Below are positions 55,890 through 64,000 of a stretch of DNA of 64,000 nucleotides, piece after piece; position 1 is the first letter of the stretch, and each line of letters begins with the position of its first letter. The stretch comes from Armatimonadota bacterium. GTDB taxonomy: Bacteria > Armatimonadota > HRBIN16. Both the position numbers and the translations under genes were made by a program. Under the pieces are notes generated by a model. It was not told the origin of the DNA, made no database searches, and saw only the letters and a program-made list of their open reading frames with translations. The stretch covers positions 1,344,001-1,408,000 of the forward strand of contig OY781964.1 in the NCBI GenBank assembly GCA_963677485.1, given 5' to 3'.

Positions 55890-57296
55890 ATGAGCGCAAA
55901 ACAGATCAAATTCGGCACGGACGGCTGGAGAGGGGTCATCGACGATGATTTCAACGATGAGAATGTACAAATCGTCTCTCTCGCCCTGGCCGATTTCGTA
56001 AGGGGCCTTGATGGACCAAAAGGGCCTGTGATTGTGGGATATGACTGTCGTTTGAAAAGCGACCACTACGCATCGCTGGCTGCAGAAACACTACTCCGGG
56101 CCGGCATCCCCGTGATGCTTAGCGACTCCCCCTGCTCATCACCTACGGTCAGCCTGGCGGTGGTGGCCAACGATAGTCCTGGCGGGGTGATGATCACCGC
56201 CAGTCATAACCCCCCACAGTTCAACGGTTATAAATTCAAAGCCAGCTTTGGCGGATCTGCAGGTCCAGAAATCACCGCGAGCATAGAGGAGCTGCTGCCC
56301 ACAGCCGAAGCCAAGTTGAAGCATCTGCCAACCCGCAGCCGCCCGATACCGATGGTGGACATCGTGGAACCTTATCTGACAGCCATTACAAAGCTGGTGG
56401 ATATCGGAGCGGTGCTGGGTTTGCCGGGCACCGTGGTGACGGATGTGATGCATGGCTCTGGGGCAGGCTATTTCCACAAGCTCTTCATTGGAAGCCACTT
56501 CAACCACGTAGCCATCAGGGAAGAGCACGATACCAACTTCGGAGGCATCAACCCGGAGCCGCTGGAGCGCAATATGGCCGCCTGCATTGAGGCTGTCAGG
56601 AAATCCTCAGCCATTCTAGGCGTCGCAGTAGATGGCGATGCCGACCGGATCGGTGCGGTAGATGAGACAGGCCGGTTTATCGACAGCCACACCATCTTCG
56701 CGCTTCTGCTGATCCACCTGGTGGAACGCCGTAAGCAAACCGGTCGGGTGATCAAGACGGTCAGCACCAGCCGCTGGATAGATACGCTGTGCGAGCAGTT
56801 CAAGCTGCCGCTCACCGTTACCCCTATTGGATTCAAATATATCTGCGACAACATGCTTCAGGGCGATGTGTTGATCGGCGGCGAAGAAAGCGGCGGCATC
56901 GGAGTGGCGGGACACATTCCCGAGCGTGATGGCATCTTGATGAGCCTTCTGTTGATGGAGGCGATGGCCTACAGCAAAATGAGCCTGAGCGACATGGTGA
57001 TGGATCTTTACAAGCGAGCAGGTGAGAAGCACTACCACCGCGTCGACCTGCACCTGGAGGCCGCCCATATGCACGCCGCAAGAGAAAAGTTGAAGACGAC
57101 GCAAACACACAGGCTAGCCGGTGAAGAGATCGCGCATATCGGCCATATGGATGGCACCAAGTTCGACATGGCTTCCGGTAGCTGGCTCCTTCTGCGGGCC
57201 AGCGGCACGGAGCCCGTGGTGCGCATCTACGCCGAAGCACCCAGCATGGAACGGGTGATGGAGCTTCTGGCGGCTGGCGAAGCGCTCTGCGCTTGA
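55890..57296 (+). CDS. Phosphoglucomutase/phosphomannomutase
   Basis: FGTDGWRG, ITASHNP, DGDADR, GGEESGG, RASGTEP. Confidence 0.95.
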   Translation: MSAKQIKFGTDGWRGVIDDDFNDENVQIVSLALADFVRGLDGPKGPVIVGYDCRLKSDHYASLAAETLLRAGIPVMLSDSPCSSPTVSLAVVANDSPGGVMITASHNPPQFNGYKFKASFGGSAGPEITASIEELLPTAEAKLKHLPTRSRPIPMVDIVEPYLTAITKLVDIGAVLGLPGTVVTDVMHGSGAGYFHKLFIGSHFNHVAIREEHDTNFGGINPEPLERNMAACIEAVRKSSAILGVAVDGDADRIGAVDETGRFIDSHTIFALLLIHLVERRKQTGRVIKTVSTSRWIDTLCEQFKLPLTVTPIGFKYICDNMLQGDVLIGGEESGGIGVAGHIPERDGILMSLLLMEAMAYSKMSLSDMVMDLYKRAGEKHYHRVDLHLEAAHMHAAREKLKTTQTHRLAGEEIAHIGHMDGTKFDMASGSWLLLRASGTEPVVRIYAEAPSMERVMELLAAGEALCA

Positions 57297-57400
57297 GCGG
57301 TATAGGACTGGTAGGACGAGTAGGACGAGTAGGACGAGTAGGACAGCGGAAAACCTCCCGCTCCTATTCTCCTTCTCTCCTCATCTCCTGCCTCCTCCCC

Positions 57401-58390
57401 TCACATGCTCATGTTGGATTCAATACGCAGCTTTAACTGAATGGCCAGCTGCGACTCCGGGTCTAGCTTCAGCGCACGTTCAATCATGCTCATCGCCTCA
57501 ACATGCTGACCGCCATCGGTGAGGCACATGGCTAAAGCGGTCATCACCGCGGGCTGTTCGCAGCCCAGTTCCACCGCGCGAGCCAGAGGGTTGATGGCAT
57601 TTTCGGGCAGACCCAGCATCAATAGTGCTTTGCCCATCTCCGCCCAGCCCAGCTCATGTTCTGGGTCGATCTCCACCAAACGCTCCAAGATAGTCACGGC
57701 CTCGGCGTATTGTTTCATGCGGCAAAGGCAATACCCCAGCGGGTAGAGTACTCGGTGGTTCTCAGGCTGAAGATCACTCACCTTCATCAAATACTCCACC
57801 GCCAGCTCATAGCGGCCCACCGCACCTAAAGTCACACCAAGCCGTTCATGCCCCTCCACTACGTCAGGCTGCATCACAGTGCATCGCTCGAAGGCAACTA
57901 AAGCACCTTCAAAATCGCCCAGGGCACTGCAGGCCTCACCCAGCGCGTAAAAGATGGCGGCATCCTGGTCATTCAACTCCACCGCTTTACGCAGGGCTTC
58001 ACGGGCTTCCGTAAAATGCATACATTGAAGCTGCGTCACGCCCAGGCTCTGCCAACCAGAAGGCTGCTCTGGTGCCAGCGTCGTCACTATCTTGAGCTCC
58101 TCGATCGCCTGCTCGGGATGGCCGATCTGCTGGAACAGCTCTGCCATGGCCGCGTGCGGCAACGGTGCGTCGGGCTGCAGTTTGATCGCCTCTAAAATAT
58201 GCTTTGAAGCGGACTGGTAGTGCTTTAACTCCAGAAATCGGTAGCCAGCGTCAAAATGTATTTCAAAATGGCCTGGGTGTTCATCTGCCAGCTTTTCAAG
58301 AAGGTTCACTGCCTCTTCAAGCTGACCATCTGCGGTTAGCTGCTGGATTTTATTTGCGGCTTCAGTAAGGGGGTCACTACTCATTGTCAT
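57401..58390 (-). CDS. Tetratricopeptide repeat protein
   Basis: Repeated LG..A..A..L.P TPR pattern; start approximate. Confidence 0.88.
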   Translation of the reverse strand: MTMSSDPLTEAANKIQQLTADGQLEEAVNLLEKLADEHPGHFEIHFDAGYRFLELKHYQSASKHILEAIKLQPDAPLPHAAMAELFQQIGHPEQAIEELKIVTTLAPEQPSGWQSLGVTQLQCMHFTEAREALRKAVELNDQDAAIFYALGEACSALGDFEGALVAFERCTVMQPDVVEGHERLGVTLGAVGRYELAVEYLMKVSDLQPENHRVLYPLGYCLCRMKQYAEAVTILERLVEIDPEHELGWAEMGKALLMLGLPENAINPLARAVELGCEQPAVMTALAMCLTDGGQHVEAMSMIERALKLDPESQLAIQLKLRIESNMSM

Positions 58391-58493
58391 ATGCCTCGGG
58401 GTTATGTGTTGCATATACATGATAGCCTGAACCGCCGGGTCACGGCACACCTGGCGGTTCTATTGGTCTTTGAGGGCATCGCACCGCGCCTAT

Positions 58494-59402
58494 TTACCCC
58501 GGCAGCGACCAGCGGTTTTCGGGCTGCCAGTCATCGTTCCAGATCGCCGTGATCAGCCGCTTGCTCTCCAGACAGTGCTCAATCACCTGGGCGATATCTT
58601 GACCTTGGATCTCACACACGATAGGCCCCGAGTATCCGATCTCTTTCAATCGGCGGTAGGTGGCATAGTAGTCGATGGTGTTGTTGAGGTGCGGCGGCTG
58701 GTGCTCCATATACTGGCCCCAGTATTGGTTCACCCCATTTTGGTGAATCTCCACGATACGGTCGCCAAGATGGTCAATGTAAGTCTGGAATCCTGCGTCG
58801 CTGCCGGCGGCCATATAGGCGTGGCCGATGTCCAGATGCATCCCCCATCCAGGTACCGCCTGGCAGACCTGACGCAGCGCGTCCAGACCGCCCGCTTCAA
58901 AACCCACAGGCATTCCGGCTGCCTGCGCTCTTTCGATGGCATGGGCCGCATATTCCACGTTGTATTTCATCACCTCGCTGCCTTGGCGGATGTAGCCGAA
59001 TGTGGGGTTTCCAAGATGGAAAGTGGCAGCAGCAGCCCCGATTTCGATGGCATAGTCCAGGCAGGCGTCGAAATAATCGCTTGTGATTCGGCGAAGATGC
59101 CGGTTTGCACTCGACAGGTTCCAATCCAAATGCGGCGCATGGATGGTCACCCAGTCGAACTGTTCTAGCGTGCGCCGTAACTCCTGACGCGTGGTCAAGG
59201 TGGCATCCCACAAGTCGATCCCCACATTCGCGTAGTTCTGGGGATATCCCAACTGAGCCTGGTCGTCTGAAGGCACTATTTCAAACCCGGCAAAGCCTGC
59301 ATCGGCCACCATGCGGGCCGCCTGCAGGATATCCTCACCGTGTGTAGATGGCAAGAAGTGAGTGGAAATCCCGATGCGGCGGTCAATATTACTGGATATC
59401 AT
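58494..59402 (-). CDS. Sugar-phosphate isomerase/epimerase (xylose isomerase-like TIM barrel)
   Basis: HAP, LDIGHA, EIH, GYSGPIVCE. Confidence 0.85.
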   Translation of the reverse strand: MISSNIDRRIGISTHFLPSTHGEDILQAARMVADAGFAGFEIVPSDDQAQLGYPQNYANVGIDLWDATLTTRQELRRTLEQFDWVTIHAPHLDWNLSSANRHLRRITSDYFDACLDYAIEIGAAAATFHLGNPTFGYIRQGSEVMKYNVEYAAHAIERAQAAGMPVGFEAGGLDALRQVCQAVPGWGMHLDIGHAYMAAGSDAGFQTYIDHLGDRIVEIHQNGVNQYWGQYMEHQPPHLNNTIDYYATYRRLKEIGYSGPIVCEIQGQDIAQVIEHCLESKRLITAIWNDDWQPENRWSLPG

Positions 59403-59596
59403 GCATTTCTCCTGTACGTGTCACGCGATTTATGCGGTTTTTCGATGATGATTTCGACATCGGAAAACATCTGGTTTCACGCGCCTCTATCGGTTGAATA
59501 CAGCAATCAACATAGAATATCCTGCCATATCACCAGCACATTGTTAATATTGGGGTTTTGTGATTATATATTGCGTATTCTAAGGTAAAATGAGCT

Positions 59597-61321
59597 ATGA
59601 GTTTTCGCACAAAAGCCGTGATCACAGCGTTCTCGACAACGCTACTGGTTTTAGCACTGGTATTTTGGGCTCTCTCTCAAGTGGTGTCGTACAGTTTCAG
59701 CCAACTCGAGACGAAGCAGACCAAAAGATCGGTGACCCTCATCATGGGTGCCATCACCGAGGCCCAAAACTCACTCCGATCAACTGTGTCCGACTGGGGT
59801 TTATGGGATGAAACATATGATTTCGTTCTGAAACACCCTCAGAAATATATAGATGAGAACCTTGACGGCAGCTCCCTTCGCAACCTGCAAGTCAGCACCA
59901 TCATCATCACGAACATCAATAAAGAGATCTTATCTACCACCTCCGTAGATGTGAAAACTGGCCGTTGCTATGAGACCCCTTTTGCGACGACACAACGGTG
60001 CCTTACCCTGTTGGACTTCTTCAAGAGCGAGAAACCGGAAGAAACGGTCGCCGGCTTGGTAATGCAGCGCGAAGGCCCCCAAATAGTGGTCGCGGGCCGG
60101 GTGATGCACACGGACCGCAGTGGGCCTCAAGCCGGGTATATCATCATGGCTCGTGAGCTTGATGGCCAGGAACTGACTCGCATCGGGCATGGCATGAGTG
60201 TGGATATCAGCCTTTACACCATACCTTCTGAGCGTGCAACCCTGGAAATCGCCGAAAAAACGGGCATGAACATCAACCAGCCATGGATCAAAACTGTATC
60301 TGAAACCGAGAACATCGGGTACGCCATCATGCCGAGTTATCCAAATGGCACACAGATGCTGATCTGTGTCAGGATGCCGCGTGAACTGCTCATCCATGCT
60401 AATAACAGCCTGCGATGGATGGCCACCATCACCATCTGTATCGGCCTGATTCTGTTGTTCATTCAGATAAAGGTCATTAATCGGATCGTGATCAGCCGCC
60501 TCGATGACATGGGCCATCGGATAATCGACATCGCCCACAAGCAAGACACTAACGATCGCCTGCCGGTAGAAGGTCACGACGAAATCACCAGAGTGGCGCA
60601 GGCCGTCAACTGGATGTTGGATACCCTGCAGCAAAGCAACCAGGACCTTCGAGATGTAAACACCGAACAGCAGGACCTCATCCGCATCATTTCGCACGAC
60701 CTGAAGACTCCGCTGCGCAGCATTGGTTCGCTGGCAGGGATGCTCAGCCAGGACCTGGAAAACCATCTGGACGATGATTCCCGATGGATGCTGGACACTA
60801 TGGTCGCGCGGATGCAGAAGGCCTACAGCCTGATTGATGCCGTGGTCGATTACCAGCAAGCCGGCACACCGCCCAGCTTCCTGGACGAGATCAACTTGAC
60901 GCAGATGCTGAACGACCTATTGCAGATCATGCCTCCGCCTGAGGGTGTTGAGGTGGAGATTCCGCCGCAGATGCCATCCATCAAGGCCAACCGTTCGCGG
61001 ATGGTGAATGTGTTCCGCAATTTACTCACCGATTCGTATGAAACGGTGCCTGCCCCAGGTGGCATCCTCACCTTTAGCTCCGTAGATCAGGGCGATCATT
61101 TTGTCATCACACTGCACAACAACGCAGAAGCGTTGGCCCCGCAATACCATCGCATGGTGTTTGAGGTAATGCGCAGGTTCGAGACTGACGTTAGTGATGA
61201 GGAGATACCGAATATGCTGCTTCCGACCGTTCGCCGCATTATAGAAGCCCATGGCGGCCATGTTTGGCTTGACAGCGCCGAAGGCGAAGGCCGCAGTTTC
61301 CACTTCACCATCCCGAAGTAG
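59597..61321 (+). CDS. CHASE4-HAMP sensor histidine kinase with degenerate ATP-binding domain
   Basis: DWGLWDETYDF (CHASE4), HAMP DEI, H-box ISHDLKTPLRSI. Confidence 0.88.
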   Translation: MSFRTKAVITAFSTTLLVLALVFWALSQVVSYSFSQLETKQTKRSVTLIMGAITEAQNSLRSTVSDWGLWDETYDFVLKHPQKYIDENLDGSSLRNLQVSTIIITNINKEILSTTSVDVKTGRCYETPFATTQRCLTLLDFFKSEKPEETVAGLVMQREGPQIVVAGRVMHTDRSGPQAGYIIMARELDGQELTRIGHGMSVDISLYTIPSERATLEIAEKTGMNINQPWIKTVSETENIGYAIMPSYPNGTQMLICVRMPRELLIHANNSLRWMATITICIGLILLFIQIKVINRIVISRLDDMGHRIIDIAHKQDTNDRLPVEGHDEITRVAQAVNWMLDTLQQSNQDLRDVNTEQQDLIRIISHDLKTPLRSIGSLAGMLSQDLENHLDDDSRWMLDTMVARMQKAYSLIDAVVDYQQAGTPPSFLDEINLTQMLNDLLQIMPPPEGVEVEIPPQMPSIKANRSRMVNVFRNLLTDSYETVPAPGGILTFSSVDQGDHFVITLHNNAEALAPQYHRMVFEVMRRFETDVSDEEIPNMLLPTVRRIIEAHGGHVWLDSAEGEGRSFHFTIPK

Positions 61322-61442
61322 CGGATGGTGGTGGCACTGTAAAGTAATGATGCGGTCGTAGGGACGCCCCTATGACCAGTCACATACAAGCGCCGCCGAT
61401 GTCGAGAGCGGTCTATCAAACCCACAGCTTCAGGAGGCTCAT

Positions 61443-62027
61443 ATGCCCGAATACCAATATGGACGCATCCGACTACTGCACAATGCACTCATCAAACACA
61501 ACACCCCAGATGAACTGATCGATCAGGTGATGCAGGGCGGTGAGGCGGTATCCAAAACAGCAAAACCGGCTATCAAGACCGCCTGGTTCCGGGGGGCCAT
61601 GGAACGCATGGACCGCCTGATGCCCTTACCGCAGCGTCAGGCGGTTCGGGAATCCTGCGCCTGCTGCCTGAACGGGGAGCGACTGAAAGCCTCCAAGCAA
61701 ATCGCAAAGCGGCACGCCACGCTGGAGGAGCGCATCGATGCCGCCAACCACACGCCGTATGTATTTGGCAACAGTGTGAAGCGAGAAACCGATGGCAGCA
61801 TCACGGTGCGCTTTGAGCCCGAAGGGGCCACCAACACGCGCTGCGTCTGCCTGGGGGCCGTGACTGAGCCCATTTCCGAGAGCTATTGCTTCTGCTGCGG
61901 CGGGCATATCAAGCACCATCTGCAGATCGCACTCGGCGTGAAAGTCACCTGCAAGGTGGTGCATACCGCGCTCACCACCGCCGGCAAACAGGGCTGTACT
62001 TTCAACTACCAGATCATCCCGGAATAG
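61443..62027 (+). CDS. Cys-rich conserved protein (DUF6144-like)
   Basis: CACC, CVC, YCFCCGGH, GCTF motifs. Confidence 0.7.
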   Translation: MPEYQYGRIRLLHNALIKHNTPDELIDQVMQGGEAVSKTAKPAIKTAWFRGAMERMDRLMPLPQRQAVRESCACCLNGERLKASKQIAKRHATLEERIDAANHTPYVFGNSVKRETDGSITVRFEPEGATNTRCVCLGAVTEPISESYCFCCGGHIKHHLQIALGVKVTCKVVHTALTTAGKQGCTFNYQIIPE

Positions 62028-62030
62028 CCC

Positions 62031-62915
62031 ATGCGACTGGTGCCCGCCAAGACCATCGTCACCCGCACGAAATGCCCCGAGCAATGGTTCGGCTGCCACT
62101 ACAACATGAACCTGTATCGGGGCTGTTCGCACGGCTGCATCTATTGTGACAGCCGGAGCCAGTGCTACCGCGTGGAGAACTTCGATGAGGTGAACGCCAA
62201 GCAGGACGCCCTGTCGATCGTGGAACGCGAACTCTCCGGCAAGCGAAAACCGGGCGTGGTGGGCACCGGAGCAATGAGCGACCCCTACAACCCGCACGAA
62301 GCAGAGCTAAAGCTGACCCGCGGCGCGCTGAAACTGATCCTGCAGCACCGGTTTGGCATCCACCTCGTGACCAAGGGCACGCTTGTGGTGCGCGACCTGG
62401 AGCTGTTACAGGCCATCGGCAAGCAGTACCGCGCCGATGTTTGTATCACCATCACCACCCCCCACGATGAGATCGCCGCAAAGATCGAGCCGAACGCCCC
62501 CAGCAGCTCCGCACGGTTTGATGCGCTCGAAGCGCTTGCACACGCGGATGTCTACTGCGGCATAACCCTCATGCCCATCCTGCCGCTTCTCACCGACTCC
62601 CCGGAGGATATCCGGCTGCTGGTGCGGCGGGCTGCCGACTGCGGGGTCAACTTCATTCACCCCTGGTTTGGGATGTCGCTGCGAATCGGCCAGCGGGAGC
62701 ACTATTACCGGCAGTTAGACAGGCTCTGGCCCGGACTGCGCAGGCAATACGAAGTGACGTACGGCGATCGTTATATGTGCGATTCCCCGCGTAGTTCAGA
62801 GTTATGGGATGTGTTCACACAGGAGTGCCGCCGGGCAGGTATCGTCTGGCGGATGGAGGATATCATCGAGGCGGCCGGCGCTTGGGCTCAGCCCCAGCAG
62901 CTCAGCCTGTTTTAA
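62031..62915 (+). CDS. Radical SAM protein, spore photoproduct lyase-like family
   Basis: YRGCSHGCIYCDSRS, MSDPY, QLSLF tail. Confidence 0.9.
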   Translation: MRLVPAKTIVTRTKCPEQWFGCHYNMNLYRGCSHGCIYCDSRSQCYRVENFDEVNAKQDALSIVERELSGKRKPGVVGTGAMSDPYNPHEAELKLTRGALKLILQHRFGIHLVTKGTLVVRDLELLQAIGKQYRADVCITITTPHDEIAAKIEPNAPSSSARFDALEALAHADVYCGITLMPILPLLTDSPEDIRLLVRRAADCGVNFIHPWFGMSLRIGQREHYYRQLDRLWPGLRRQYEVTYGDRYMCDSPRSSELWDVFTQECRRAGIVWRMEDIIEAAGAWAQPQQLSLF

Positions 62916-63298
62916 CCCATATAACGCAACCGCTAGACACCTTCATGCGCCATCACATCAGCAGCGCCGGTCTTCCCAGCCTCCTTCAGCATCGTCATCC
63001 TCAGCCACAGCCGCGGCATCGGCAGCCTGCTTCAGCAGGCCTGAATCGTCAATAGACTGGTCATTAAGCCGTGGTAGCACCCACAGATGTCTCAATCGGC
63101 ATCCTATACCGATATCTCCTTGCACTGCAGTAGTAATATCCGCTGGCGCCCCCGTCGACATTACGGTGACGACTCGTTACACTGCTATGTAGTCTGTGGC
63201 ATGATGCATTCCACCCACCGGCACTGCGGCAGGTGGGCCGGATGTCGGAGTACGAACGGCTGCTGTAGCGCAGACAGAAGAAAGTGGCATAGTCACAC

Positions 63299-64000
63299 AT
63301 GAAGATCATTGACGATAAAATCAAGCGAACACTTACCGACACCGTCAATCCTGCGAAGTTCGCACTGGCTGCTCAGATTCGCACCAACGATCTAGCGAAA
63401 AACTTCGTCACGCCGCCGGCCTCCGCGCGGCCATGGGTTTTCTGGTTCTGGATGAACGGCAATATCACCAGCAATGGCATCACCGCCGACTTGGAGGCGA
63501 TGCAGCGTGTCGGCATCGGCGGGGTGCTCCTCATGGATGTGAATGACGATAATCCGCAGGGGCACGTCAAATACGGGGGAAAGGAGTGGTATTCCATGGT
63601 GAAACATGCCGCGCAGGAAGCCAGCCGATTGGGTCTCGAAATCGACATTTACAACTGCGGCGGTTACACCTCCAGCGGCGGGCCATGGACGACGGTAGAT
63701 CACGCGATGCAGACCCTTGTCACGAGTGAAAAGAGAGTACACGGGCCGATGGTTTTCAATGATGTTTTACCGTCGCCGCCGAAGAACGTGGACACTTACC
63801 ACGACATCGCGGTACTGGCCTTCCGTTCGCCGAAGGATGAGGTGATGAGTGCGCAGGAATTCGCGCCGAAGGTGACCGCGAGTGTGGCACTGGGCGAGGA
63901 CCGTAAAGGCGGGGCTGGCAAGCTCAACACAGCGGTGATTTTCCCACCGATAAAACAAGGCGATTTTCCGCATTACATCCAGTTTGAGTTCGCCAAACCG
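63299..64000 (+). CDS. GH106 alpha-L-rhamnosidase-like protein (runs off the window)
   Basis: Hand translation: ARPWVFWFWMNGNI..GITADLEAMQRVGIGG, SGGPW; absent from the ORF track. Confidence 0.85.
   Translation, partial: MKIIDDKIKRTLTDTVNPAKFALAAQIRTNDLAKNFVTPPASARPWVFWFWMNGNITSNGITADLEAMQRVGIGGVLLMDVNDDNPQGHVKYGGKEWYSMVKHAAQEASRLGLEIDIYNCGGYTSSGGPWTTVDHAMQTLVTSEKRVHGPMVFNDVLPSPPKNVDTYHDIAVLAFRSPKDEVMSAQEFAPKVTASVALGEDRKGGAGKLNTAVIFPPIKQGDFPHYIQFEFAKP

Noticed and set aside
62958-63161. 67-aa acidic minus-strand ORF
   Set aside because: No RBS or recognisable motif; cannot be supported

Overview
Bacterial chromosomal region. The gene styles suggest a diderm, anaerobe-capable sugar degrader, possibly Armatimonadota-like (inference only). 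Left to right it holds two tandem PAS sensor kinases, a complete hdrCBA-flxDCBA operon with a candidate Rex box, two tandem Eis-like GNATs, lipoproteins, cdsA, tatD, a glycoside-hydrolase cluster, tRNA-Gln, yggT-divIVA-yggU, dapF/ribE/ribD, a pilMNOP-secretin-aroKB-kinase-rpe block, a phosphohexomutase and a CHASE4 kinase. The standout is an IS110-family element (about 25196-26991) inserted into a GTAG-type REP. Its left non-coding end encodes a readable two-loop bridge RNA: one loop matches the genomic target (ACCGCCC-CT-ACG) and the other matches the element's own junction (ACAGTAT-CT-AG). Circularisation would assemble a TTGACA-N17-TACGCT promoter. Other oddities are a stand-alone SelB-type winged-helix protein with a 10-copy RGG-rich tail, two apparent pseudokinases, an ATA-initiated gene and peptide motifs shared among PilN/O/P. 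All calls come from reading the sequence; no database searches were run.
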